Positions 46,037 through 55,203 of a stretch of 64,000 bases of DNA are shown here, one piece after another (position 1 is the first letter of the stretch; every line of letters begins with the position of its first letter). This DNA is from Patescibacteria group bacterium (GTDB lineage: Bacteria; Patescibacteriota; Patescibacteriia; UBA10025), in the NCBI GenBank assembly GCA_042570925.1, contig JBHPFX010000001.1, positions 52,397 through 116,396 on the forward strand, given 5' to 3'. The notes below the pieces were generated by a model that saw only the letters and a list, made by a program, of their open reading frames with translations, did no database searches and was not told where the DNA came from. The translations under genes were made by a program, and so were the position numbers.

Positions 46037-47224
46037 TTAAAGTATGCGAATATAGTTCATCCCACCGAGATGCCTGATGAGGCCTCGTAGTTCCATCGTG
46101 GTGAGCGCTGCATTAATGATATTTGTTTGCAGTTTACTTAGTTTTACAATTTCGTCAATGTGACGAGGTTCACGCGTGAGTAGAGAAATAATTATTCGCT
46201 CTTCATTAGACAGACGGGTATGCTGTTGATTGTTATCAAAGTCAGAAATGTTGTCAACCCTTCGGTTCCTCAGGGTTGACACTGAGTCTGATTCCGAGTC
46301 TAGCGAGGAATCACTGAAGGTGTCAAGTCCTGAAGCGGATTTTTGTTCCAATTTTTCTAGATTAAATGCGCCTAATACATCTTGTACGGAGGCTACGGGG
46401 TGCGCACCAAGTTTTATCAATTTATTCGTTCCTTCTGAAGTTTTTCTGAAAATATCTCCGGGCACTGCGAGCACCTCGCGATTGTAGTCCAAGGCCACTT
46501 TAGCCGTTATAAGAGAGCCTGAATCATTACTTCCTTCAATTACTATGACCCCCAGAGATAGTCCGGCAATGATGCGATTTCTGATCGGGAAATGGTGCTT
46601 CTGGGCATGGGTGCCGAGAGGGAATTCGGATACCAAGGCACCACTACTTATGATTGATTGAGCAAGCCTGCTATTGGCCTGTGGATAAATCTGATCAAGG
46701 CCCGATCCTAAGACAGCAATTGTGGCACCTTGTACCTCTAACGCAGACTGATGTGCTATGGCATCAATGCCGAGTGCTAAACCTGACACGACACAGATTC
46801 CCAGCTTGGCAATTTCTGAAGAAAGCCATCGTGCCACTTCGCGTCCGTATGAAGTTGTTTTCCTTGTTCCGACAATGGCGATAGTTGGTTGGTATTCGGA
46901 AATGGTACCTCGGTAGTATAAAAGGTGGGGAGGATCAGAAATTTCCTTTAAAAGTCTGGGATAGTCATCATCATTGAGTGTGACAACCTTAATATGTTCC
47001 TTATACACATGTTCAAGCTCGCGTTCAGGCTCGATAGTAGATCGATGCTCCAATATTGCACGAATAGTCTTTGGCAGGAGGCCGGCACGAACCAGCTCAA
47101 ATTCATTACTATTCCATGCACGATTAAAATCTCCAAAGTATTTGTGGAGACGGGTAAGTTGTCTGGATCCCAAAAAAGGGATTTTAGAAAAAGCGATTTG
47201 ATATGCAAGGTCTTGCGTTGACAT
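46037..47224 (-). CDS. dprA: DNA processing protein DprA (Smf)
   Basis: Rossmann-like DprA core (IAIVGTRKTTSYGREVAR…GLALGIDAIAH…GSGLD), then a Ser/Asp-rich linker and a C-terminal winged-helix (DprA_WH). Confidence 0.85.
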   Translation of the reverse strand: MSTQDLAYQIAFSKIPFLGSRQLTRLHKYFGDFNRAWNSNEFELVRAGLLPKTIRAILEHRSTIEPERELEHVYKEHIKVVTLNDDDYPRLLKEISDPPHLLYYRGTISEYQPTIAIVGTRKTTSYGREVARWLSSEIAKLGICVVSGLALGIDAIAHQSALEVQGATIAVLGSGLDQIYPQANSRLAQSIISSGALVSEFPLGTHAQKHHFPIRNRIIAGLSLGVIVIEGSNDSGSLITAKVALDYNREVLAVPGDIFRKTSEGTNKLIKLGAHPVASVQDVLGAFNLEKLEQKSASGLDTFSDSSLDSESDSVSTLRNRRVDNISDFDNNQQHTRLSNEERIIISLLTREPRHIDEIVKLSKLQTNIINAALTTMELRGLIRHLGGMNYIRIL

Positions 47225-47292
47225 AGGATTTTAAGGATAATAGATTAAGACATTCGTTCTTCAATAGGTCTCATTCAAACATGGAGGAAAGA

Positions 47293-47571
47293 ATGGGATT
47301 CCAATTAGATAAGTGGGAGCTTGTCAATCAGGTTTTTCTTTGCTCTGGCAACTTTCCGGAAGCTGGAGGTCTGACAAAGTCTGAGATCAATCTTTTACCA
47401 AAGTCAGATTTGTATGGCCGGTGGCGATCCTGCCAATGCGGATCCCATATTGGGAACGCCCGGATATTCTTTACCTGGCTTAAAGTGGAAGTTGAAAGAC
47501 GAAAGAAAGCCCGAAGCGACAAGGCTCGTACGAAACGTCAACAAGCAAAACAGGCCAAGACGGCCGACTAG
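47293..47571 (+). CDS. small hypothetical protein with Lys/Arg-rich C-terminal tail
   Basis: A GGAGGA RBS lies 5 nt upstream of the ATG. 92 aa. A hairpin (GCTGCA…TGCAGC + TTTTGC) follows at about 47575–47605. Confidence 0.4.
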   Translation: MGFQLDKWELVNQVFLCSGNFPEAGGLTKSEINLLPKSDLYGRWRSCQCGSHIGNARIFFTWLKVEVERRKKARSDKARTKRQQAKQAKTAD

Positions 47572-47610
47572 CTGCATGTGGAAACGATCACCGCCTGCAG
47601 CTTTTGCTAT

Positions 47611-50600
47611 TTATTTGTTATTACTTTTCTCCTTTTCGTTCTCCGTGTCATCAAGCCGCCACAGCTTCATGACCTTTTTAAGCTCATCAAGCCATTCGCT
47701 TCCAAGATAATCAAGATCGATCTTAATCTGATTTTGAGTGAACTGCCACTGGTTGTTGGATTCTAGGAGCTCGCCAAGTTTCTTTGGGTTCAAGTGGTGA
47801 GCAAAAGTAATGATTACGCGCTTTCGCTTTTCTTTTTCCGGTCCCGGAAGGCTTATAGTATCAATCGTAGTGATGTCTGTTTTTTGGGCAAGTAATTTGA
47901 TTTCCAAAACGTCAAAAAGGTTTTCAAAGACTGTTGGGATTTTATGCCGGTAGGTAACGCGTTTTTTAAATACGAGAAGTTCTTCCGGTGTGTTTAAATT
48001 AGCAATTTTCTGGTATATCACCATTCGTTCGCCTTCAGCCGGCACAAACGTTTTTGGTACGCCGATTTCAACTGGCAAGTCGATCGTAACGTCTCGGACG
48101 GTTTCGATCTTACCGGTCTTTAATTCATTGACTGCCTGCGCGAGAAGTCTCGTATACATCGCAAGACCGATTGCGGATACTTTGCCGTGTTGTTCCTTGC
48201 CTAGAATGTTTCCGGTGCCGCGAATTTCCAGATCTCGCAGTGCAAGCTGAAATCCGCTTCCAAGCTCTTTTGCCTCAAGAAGAGCATGCAATCTTCGTTT
48301 TGCCGTGCCGGTAAGTTTTTTCCGATCATAGAGAAAGTATGCATATGCTTGGCGCAAACCACGGCCGATACGTCCACGCAGCTGATAGAGCTGGGCAAGT
48401 CCAAACTTGGTTGCATTTTCAACAATGAGGGTGTTTACATTTGGAAGATCGAGGCCATTCTCAATAATCGTGGAACATACCAACACATTTGTTTTTTTGG
48501 TGTCGAAGTCTCTCATTGCTTTTGATAGAAGTTTTTCTGACAGTTTTCCGTGGGCAATGCCGATCTTTACCTCTGGTATAAGTTTTTTAAGCTCTCTTGC
48601 GGCGAAGTCGATCGTTTCAACATTATTATATAAATAGTATACCTGGCCCTTTCTATCCAATTCCTGCCGTATTGATTTGGCAATCAGATTACTGTCGTGA
48701 CGTTCAATTATCGTTTCAATCGGTAGCCGTCCTTCCGGGGGTGTCTCGATCAGACTTACATCCCTGATGCCTGAGAGCGCGATATTTAACGTTCTCGGGA
48801 TTGGTGTAGCGGTAAGAGTTAATACGTGTGCCTGTGTTCGCATGGATTTCAGCCGCTCTTTGTGCTGGACACCAAAACGCTGTTCTTCATCGATAATAAT
48901 GAGGCCGAGGTTTTTAAACTTAATGTCCGGGGAGAGCAGCCTATGGGTGCCGATAACTATGTTGACTTCACCTGTTTTAAGACCTGCGATAGCGGCAAGT
49001 TCTTCTTTTTCTGAAGCAAAACGAGAAAGGATTGCCACTTTCACCGGAAGTTTTCCGAGTCTCTCCACAAATGTGTCGTAATGCTGTTGAGTGAGAATTG
49101 TTGTAGGTGAAAGGAGTGCTACCTGTACGCCGTTCATCACAGCTTTAAATGCAGCGCGGATTGCTACTTCAGTTTTACCAAAACCTACGTCACCGCAAAT
49201 AAGCCTGTCCATTGGCCGCACTCGCGAAAGATCTTTTTCAATTTCTGAAATTGCCCGGAGCTGATCAGGTGTTTCTTCAAATTGAAAGGATTGCTCGAGC
49301 TCGTGCTCTTCTTTTACTTTTGCATTAAAAGCCGGTGCTTTACTTGCAGTTCTCCGAGCGTACAATTTAAGCAAATCATGAGCAAGTAGTTTAGCCTCTT
49401 CTTTTATCTTTCGAGTAATTTGATACCACTGACCGCCTGAAAGCCTGTGGAGTTTTGGATTGGCCAGACCGATGTATTTATTTATCTTTTCAGCAGTTTC
49501 AATCGGTACGTAGAGTTTGTCACCTTCGGCATATTCAAGCACGAAATATTCCTTACTGATGCCCTCGACAACATTTTTTGTCATGCCCTTGAAGCGGGCT
49601 ACTCCGTGATCGATGTGGACGACATAGTCGCCGGGGCGCAATTCAGTGATAAATGCCATCTCCACTCGTTTTGGCAGTCCATTACTATGTTCTGAGTATC
49701 CAAATATCTCGATGTCGGTGAGTAAAAGGAATTTCTCTTTCTCATTTCCGAAGCCGGTAAATAAGCCAGGAGGTTCTTTGAGAAATGTTATCTTTTTCGC
49801 GATATTTTTTTCTTCGAGAAATTTATTCAGCTCATTCTTTTTTCTTGATGCGATAAATATCTGTATTCCATCGTCCTGGTGCTTTTTTAAATCCTGAGCG
49901 AGTGTTTTTAATCGGTTATGATAAAATGGGGCTCGTTTGTATTTGAGGTCCAGATCTCGTTGGCGCGTCTTAAAGCTCTCCCAGATTATTTTTTTAAACG
50001 GCTGGATGCTTTCTTTCAGCTTTTCCCAGTCAGCAACTCGCTCTGATAGTTCATCCGGACTGTCGAGAATGACATACGGATGAACTGCCTTTTTTAAATA
50101 CGTCCACGCATTTGCTCGATAACTCGAGTGAAGCTTAGCTGGTGCGCATTCAAGCACGGACACTTTTGTCGAACGTTTCTTTGAAACAGGATCCAGGTGA
50201 GTAATGGAAATGATTTTTTTATCATCACATTCGATTCGTGTTGGTTGTTTTGCACCCATTGGGTAGATATCAACGATTCCGCCCCGACGGGAAAACACCC
50301 CTTGCTGATCTGCAGATACGTTCCATTCATATCCCTGCTTCACACATTCCTGAGCGACATCTTGGGGGGATATGGTCTGGCCCACTTCATATCTCAGGAT
50401 TGAAGAGAGAAGTTCATCAGGGTGGGGAAATGGCTCAAGAGTCTGTTCTGCGGGGATAATTAAGACATAAGGTTTTGCTTGAGTGAGCGTAAGAAGCTGG
50501 TCCGGGGTCATCTCTTCATCACCATGAATGATCGTCAGGTTTGGATTCCAGTAGGAGAGAAACTGAGAGATGATTTCCTGATCTTTCTCATTTGCCGTTA

Positions 50601-50781
50601 TCCAAAAGACTCCTCCCTTATCAGTAAGTAAAGGGAGTTTGGTGATAATGAATGTTTGCGCAGACCGACTTGTAGTTCCGCTAATGTATGTTTCCTGGTA
50701 TTTTTCCAGGTGTTTTGTCAGTTTCGGAATTGCGGAAGGATCCCCAAGTACGTCTGCAGGATGGGTAGCAGAGTTGTCCAC
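47611..50781 (-). CDS. mfd: transcription-repair coupling factor
   Basis: 1056 aa with a UvrB-homology N-region, a CarD/RNAP-interacting domain, an SF2 helicase (GDVGFGKTEVA, DEEQRFG) and a TRCF C-domain. Confidence 0.95.
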   Translation of the reverse strand: MDNSATHPADVLGDPSAIPKLTKHLEKYQETYISGTTSRSAQTFIITKLPLLTDKGGVFWITANEKDQEIISQFLSYWNPNLTIIHGDEEMTPDQLLTLTQAKPYVLIIPAEQTLEPFPHPDELLSSILRYEVGQTISPQDVAQECVKQGYEWNVSADQQGVFSRRGGIVDIYPMGAKQPTRIECDDKKIISITHLDPVSKKRSTKVSVLECAPAKLHSSYRANAWTYLKKAVHPYVILDSPDELSERVADWEKLKESIQPFKKIIWESFKTRQRDLDLKYKRAPFYHNRLKTLAQDLKKHQDDGIQIFIASRKKNELNKFLEEKNIAKKITFLKEPPGLFTGFGNEKEKFLLLTDIEIFGYSEHSNGLPKRVEMAFITELRPGDYVVHIDHGVARFKGMTKNVVEGISKEYFVLEYAEGDKLYVPIETAEKINKYIGLANPKLHRLSGGQWYQITRKIKEEAKLLAHDLLKLYARRTASKAPAFNAKVKEEHELEQSFQFEETPDQLRAISEIEKDLSRVRPMDRLICGDVGFGKTEVAIRAAFKAVMNGVQVALLSPTTILTQQHYDTFVERLGKLPVKVAILSRFASEKEELAAIAGLKTGEVNIVIGTHRLLSPDIKFKNLGLIIIDEEQRFGVQHKERLKSMRTQAHVLTLTATPIPRTLNIALSGIRDVSLIETPPEGRLPIETIIERHDSNLIAKSIRQELDRKGQVYYLYNNVETIDFAARELKKLIPEVKIGIAHGKLSEKLLSKAMRDFDTKKTNVLVCSTIIENGLDLPNVNTLIVENATKFGLAQLYQLRGRIGRGLRQAYAYFLYDRKKLTGTAKRRLHALLEAKELGSGFQLALRDLEIRGTGNILGKEQHGKVSAIGLAMYTRLLAQAVNELKTGKIETVRDVTIDLPVEIGVPKTFVPAEGERMVIYQKIANLNTPEELLVFKKRVTYRHKIPTVFENLFDVLEIKLLAQKTDITTIDTISLPGPEKEKRKRVIITFAHHLNPKKLGELLESNNQWQFTQNQIKIDLDYLGSEWLDELKKVMKLWRLDDTENEKEKSNNK

Positions 50782-50868
50782 AAATGAAAAATATCAGCAC
50801 TTGTTAACTGTCTATCTGTATAATAGCGCATTTATTGGCTTTTGGCAAGAGCTGGGCACGGTAGGGTC

Positions 50869-50897
50869 TTGACAGTCATTTTATCTTATGATAAGAT
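50869..50897 (+). promoter_or_regulatory. sigma70-like promoter TTGACA-N17-TAAGAT
   Basis: It is read directly from the sequence and heads a GC-rich structured leader. Confidence 0.4.
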
Positions 50898-51296
50898 GCT
50901 CCATTCACTAGAAAATTGACACTTCGGCGATCCCTCGTTAACTCGGGATGCTCAGTGTCAACCCGCCATAGCCTTGGCGGAAGTGAGGTTGACAATCTAC
51001 CCGTGCAGAACGCTGCTCGCAAGTGAGTGTGATAGTTCATCCCTCCTAGAACTCTCACATTCATAAAAGTTAAGGTGTTGTGAGTTTTCTCACCTCACTT
51101 TATACTTGTGAGTGGCGTCATGACCGGGTAGCAAAACAGATAAGAGGATCCCTCGGCAAGCTTTCCTCGGCATCAAGCCTCGGGACTGAAGGCAGGGTCT
51201 TCCAAAGACGGTTGGACGGTAGCAATGTTAATGTTCAGCCGTCTTTGTCAATACAAAAACAGCATATTCACGTGTGTCCTGAATGGGAGGGGTGCA

Positions 51297-51515
51297 ATGA
51301 GTGCAACGGCAATGAACGACGTCATTGCATTAATGACGAAGGTTCGTGCAGGTATGGATCCTTTGACGCATGTCGCCTGCGCAGGCGGAAGTGTTCAGAG
51401 TGCCATGGGACAACCGACGGGTGATAAAGGGCAAATCTTGAGTGCGGCGGATATCGCCAGGGAACTCGCAGCCCTTCTTCGTGGATTTGCCGACGAAGCC
51501 GACCAGATCACCTAA
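51297..51515 (+). CDS. small GC-rich ORF (72 aa, Ala/Gly-rich), hypothetical
   Basis: A GGGAGGGG SD lies 6 nt upstream of the ATG, and a strong terminator follows immediately after the stop. The composition is unlike the host genome. Confidence 0.4.
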   Translation: MSATAMNDVIALMTKVRAGMDPLTHVACAGGSVQSAMGQPTGDKGQILSAADIARELAALLRGFADEADQIT

Positions 51516-51536
51516 GCAGGACATCGGTACACCATT

Positions 51537-51582
51537 TACCCCGACCAGTGCTAGTCACGATTGGTCGGGGTGTTTTTTTTAT
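51537..51582 (+). terminator. rho-independent terminator
   Basis: CCCCGACCAGTG-ctagtcacgat-TGGTCGGGG followed by TGTTTTTTTTAT. Confidence 0.8.
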
Positions 51583-52151
51583 TTACCCCAGACACTCATT
51601 GCTTTCTCCGGGGAAGTTTGTATTGCTTTAATGACAGTTTCAACCACTTGAGGAATAAGTTCATCAAGCTTTTTTTTGTCATCCCGGGAGAAGTTTGCCA
51701 TGACAAATTTATTTGTCTCACCTTTTCGCTGCTTGTCAGTTCTCGAATCGATTCCTATCCGAAATCGATAGAAATCTTTTGTTCCAAGTATCTGAATAAT
51801 ATTCTCAACCCCGCGATGGCCTGCAGAAGATCTGCCATGATGAATTTTTAGCTTTCCAAACGCTAAGTCAATATCATCATGGATAATCCACACATCTGAC
51901 GGATTTGCCTTATAGTACTGCAGGGATGCGTTTACCGCGTTACCGGTGAGATTCATAAAAGTAGTTGGTTTTGCGAGGATGATTTTCTCTTTACCAATAC
52001 GCCCTTCTGCCACTAGAGCATGTAAGTTTGATTTCATGCTAAAAGGTGTTTGAAGTTCTTTGGCAAGCGCCTCCACTATCATATATCCGAGGTTGTGCCT
52101 CGATTTTTCGTACTTTGATCCTGGATTACCGAGTCCAATGAGTATTTTCAT
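51579..52151 (-). CDS. pth: peptidyl-tRNA hydrolase
   Basis: MKILIGLGNPG…TRHN.G…, the canonical Pth N-terminus with catalytic His, and the GHNG-like motif (GHRGVENI). Confidence 0.9.
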   Translation of the reverse strand: MKILIGLGNPGSKYEKSRHNLGYMIVEALAKELQTPFSMKSNLHALVAEGRIGKEKIILAKPTTFMNLTGNAVNASLQYYKANPSDVWIIHDDIDLAFGKLKIHHGRSSAGHRGVENIIQILGTKDFYRFRIGIDSRTDKQRKGETNKFVMANFSRDDKKKLDELIPQVVETVIKAIQTSPEKAMSVWGK

Positions 52152-52152
52152 A

Positions 52153-53493
52153 TTATCGAAGCCGGGTTGTAAGTGTTATAGACAGGGGAGTACCGACAAA
52201 GCCAAATGTTTCACGTAAGTGCTTCTCCATGAATCTGACAAATGACGGATGGATTGTTTCAGGATCATTGACCGTAAGTCGGAATCGGGGAGGATCAGTG
52301 CGTTCTTGTACGAGTGAGAATATGCGGGGCTTTTTCTTTGCTTGCCGTTGGTTTGGCCCATGTTTGCCGAGAAATTTTATTAAAAACGTTTTCAATTCTT
52401 CATCAGGTATGTGCTTAAGCTGTGATTCTCGGATAGTGTCAGCGAGCGCAAGCAAGTTTCGTACACGCTGTTTCTTTGTCGCGGAGGTAAAAACCAGCGG
52501 GGCCCATGGGATCATTGAAAGGACATAGCGATAATATTTTGTGAATTCTTTCATTGAATCAGGAGTTTTATTTTCTACCAGATCCCATTTGTTTCCTACA
52601 ATGATAATTCCTCGCCGAGCTTTCCGTGCTAAATCAACAACATGAAAGTCATGCATCGTAAGCCGTTCAGTGACATCCGTAATGACTACAGCAATATGTA
52701 CTTTTTTAATTGCCTCGGCACTTAAAAGGTTTGCGGCACGCTCAATCGAATCGGACACTTTTCGTTCTTTCCTAAGTCCGGCAGTGTCTATAAACACGTA
52801 AGTTTTACCTTCGTGGGTTATTCGTGTATCCCTTGGTTCACGGGTCGTGTGGGGAAGTGGTGATTCGATAAGCCGTTTTTCCCCGATAAGAGCATTGATA
52901 AAAGTTGATTTACCCGTGTTTGTTTTTCCAATAAGCGCGAGGCGGATTTCGGAACCGGTCTTTTCTACTTCTTCCAGAGTAGTTTTTTTAATCTTTTTTA
53001 CGATTTCATCAAGAAAATCTCCAACTCCCATTCCTGTTGTTGATGAAAGGGGAAAAATTTCCTTATATCCAAGTGAGTAAAAATCTTTACTAATTGATCC
53101 GCCATCCTTTGGACTGTCGAGCTTATTAATCACTAGCATGACCGGCACACCTAGCTTCTGTAAATGTTTGGCGATGAGGCGGTCTTCGTTCGTTACCCCT
53201 GTCTTTCCATCCACTAACTGGCAAATGACACTTGCGGAACTCAGAATAGTACCTACTTGCTCTTGAACCGAAGTGTCAATGACGGTTCGTTCTTTTCGCT
53301 CCAATCCGCCACTGTCGATAAGCAAACAATGTACGTCGCGCCATGCAATTTCAGCTTGGTTTGAATCACGAGTCGTTCCAGCTATGGTAGACACCAGGGC
53401 CTGTTTTTTACCCAAAATAATATTAAAAAGCGTTGACTTGCCAACGTTTGTTCGCCCGACGAGTGCCACGACGGGAAGTGCTTTTTTGCCCAT
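52153..53493 (-). CDS. der: ribosome-associated GTPase Der (EngA)
   Basis: Two tandem G-domains (GRTNVGKSTLFN…DSGG ; GKTNTGKSTFINAL…DTAG…NKWD) and a C-terminal KH-like domain. Confidence 0.9.
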   Translation of the reverse strand: MGKKALPVVALVGRTNVGKSTLFNIILGKKQALVSTIAGTTRDSNQAEIAWRDVHCLLIDSGGLERKERTVIDTSVQEQVGTILSSASVICQLVDGKTGVTNEDRLIAKHLQKLGVPVMLVINKLDSPKDGGSISKDFYSLGYKEIFPLSSTTGMGVGDFLDEIVKKIKKTTLEEVEKTGSEIRLALIGKTNTGKSTFINALIGEKRLIESPLPHTTREPRDTRITHEGKTYVFIDTAGLRKERKVSDSIERAANLLSAEAIKKVHIAVVITDVTERLTMHDFHVVDLARKARRGIIIVGNKWDLVENKTPDSMKEFTKYYRYVLSMIPWAPLVFTSATKKQRVRNLLALADTIRESQLKHIPDEELKTFLIKFLGKHGPNQRQAKKKPRIFSLVQERTDPPRFRLTVNDPETIHPSFVRFMEKHLRETFGFVGTPLSITLTTRLR

Positions 53494-53517
53494 ACGCTTA
53501 TTATATGAAATAGTGTG

Positions 53518-54987
53518 CTACAGACTTGTTCCTGTGCTTTCAACCTGATCAAGACCGAGAACGATAAGGAAGTCGGCTGATGGCATTGTTGGAGATTCCT
53601 CGATATCTCCAGTCGGATTCTGAAGAGAATTGATAGTGACAGGCGAAGAGGCATTTACGAGGAATCCCGGGAGCGTAGTGCTTACCTCTGCGTCGAAATG
53701 ATCTTTTAATCTGGAAAGGGAATAGGGCTTCGTTCCGCTGGTGAGATCATATATTACGGTTGTTTCATGGTCTTGTTCTACGGCATTGCCAATATCGACG
53801 ATGGTAAATTCGTCAGCTGATAACTTCTGTGACGCCTGATATGCAAGTCCTGACACCTTCGTTCCGTTCTGAATTTCGATTTGCGGGTTTTCTTGGATAA
53901 GAGTTTTTTCTGAAAAGATATTCTCTGCGAGGTCATGAATTTCGTCATAGGATCCTGAAATTGGCTGTAGAAGATATGCTCCATCAACAGATGTGACCGG
54001 CTCTAAAAGTCCTCCAGGAGAAGTATCAAGCACCTTGGTAACGATACTGTTTTGTTCGAGGTCATCGCCCATTTCAGCAAGACGCAGTATTTCCCATATC
54101 TGTAAGTCTGTTCTATTGTGTTCCCCAAGATCTTCAAGAGCCGAAATTATTCGCTTTGGGGCAATGAGCGTCTCAAAGGCGAGCCCCTGGTCTTTAATCG
54201 CGAGGAGCACTTTTTGCTGACGCTGAGATCTGGCAAAGTCTGATCCCTCTCCATTTGTCCCGTGTCTGGAGCGTACATATTTCAATGCAGTCTCACCATT
54301 CATTTTTTGATATCCTTTTTCGAATTTCAGGAATTGATATCCAAAGTTGTTATCCGGATATTGATAGTCCGTAAAACCCCTTTCAACATCTACCCAGATG
54401 CCGCCGAGATCGTCAATTATTTTTTCGAAGCCGGTGAAGTCGATTCGCATGAAATAGTTAATTTGCTGGCCGGTAACCTGCGAAACCACCCGACTCAGGA
54501 GCACCTCACCTCCCCCAGGATAGTCGTTTGTATGGCCAAATGCCATTGCGTTATTGATTTTTCGGTACCCATATTCAGGTATTTCAACGTATAAATCACG
54601 GGGGATTGAAAGCATTGCCACATTACCCGTTGAAGGCTGGATACTCGCGAGAATGATGGTATCTGCGAGATATGCGCCCTGATGTCCTTCACCACCTATT
54701 CCGATAAGTAAAATATTAACTCGATCCTGAGCCTCACCGCGAAGCTGTTTGTCAGGACTTAAGATAAGGTGCTTGAGTTGTTCAAAAAAAGCGACCTTCT
54801 CTCCGGTCTCCGTGTTGGTACTGTTTACAGAAAGAATAACTTTTGCCGTCACGCCAAAACCAAATCCCAAAAGCACCATACCCAGGAGCACAAAGAGTAG
54901 ACCAATTTTTCTACTTTTTACTTTAGTATCCTTAAGTTTTGGCTGATCGTTTGTTTCTGGTTCTACGTGCTTTTGAAAGTCAGGCAT
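53518..54987 (-). CDS. LytR-CpsA-Psr (LCP) family cell-envelope phosphotransferase with LytR_C domain
   Basis: TM anchor, then an LCP core (LLIGIGGEGHQGAYLADTIILASI…MLSIPRDLYV) and a C-terminal LytR_C-like region. Confidence 0.8.
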   Translation of the reverse strand: MPDFQKHVEPETNDQPKLKDTKVKSRKIGLLFVLLGMVLLGFGFGVTAKVILSVNSTNTETGEKVAFFEQLKHLILSPDKQLRGEAQDRVNILLIGIGGEGHQGAYLADTIILASIQPSTGNVAMLSIPRDLYVEIPEYGYRKINNAMAFGHTNDYPGGGEVLLSRVVSQVTGQQINYFMRIDFTGFEKIIDDLGGIWVDVERGFTDYQYPDNNFGYQFLKFEKGYQKMNGETALKYVRSRHGTNGEGSDFARSQRQQKVLLAIKDQGLAFETLIAPKRIISALEDLGEHNRTDLQIWEILRLAEMGDDLEQNSIVTKVLDTSPGGLLEPVTSVDGAYLLQPISGSYDEIHDLAENIFSEKTLIQENPQIEIQNGTKVSGLAYQASQKLSADEFTIVDIGNAVEQDHETTVIYDLTSGTKPYSLSRLKDHFDAEVSTTLPGFLVNASSPVTINSLQNPTGDIEESPTMPSADFLIVLGLDQVESTGTSL

Positions 54988-55203
54988 GATGTTTGAAAGT
55001 AATGGAATTATACGGATCTAAACGCTATTCGTCAATTCTCACTCTATTTATTAGTACTACATTCTTCTCAAAAGCGGTTATTTCATTTGGCGGGTGGACA
55101 AAACCATTTTTTTCTGTTATACTCGTGTTAAGAAAACTTGGTAAGTGAGACTAATATTTCCCCTAAGTAGAGCCAAAAATAGTTCAAAAGGGAGAAAAAA
55201 GCT

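Noticed and set aside
51080-51424. Cys-rich 114-aa ORF in the GC island upstream of pth
   Set aside because: It overlaps the better-supported 51297..51515 ORF in another frame and lacks an RBS. It is probably a GC artefact. It is worth rechecking if the 72-aa ORF proves untranslated.
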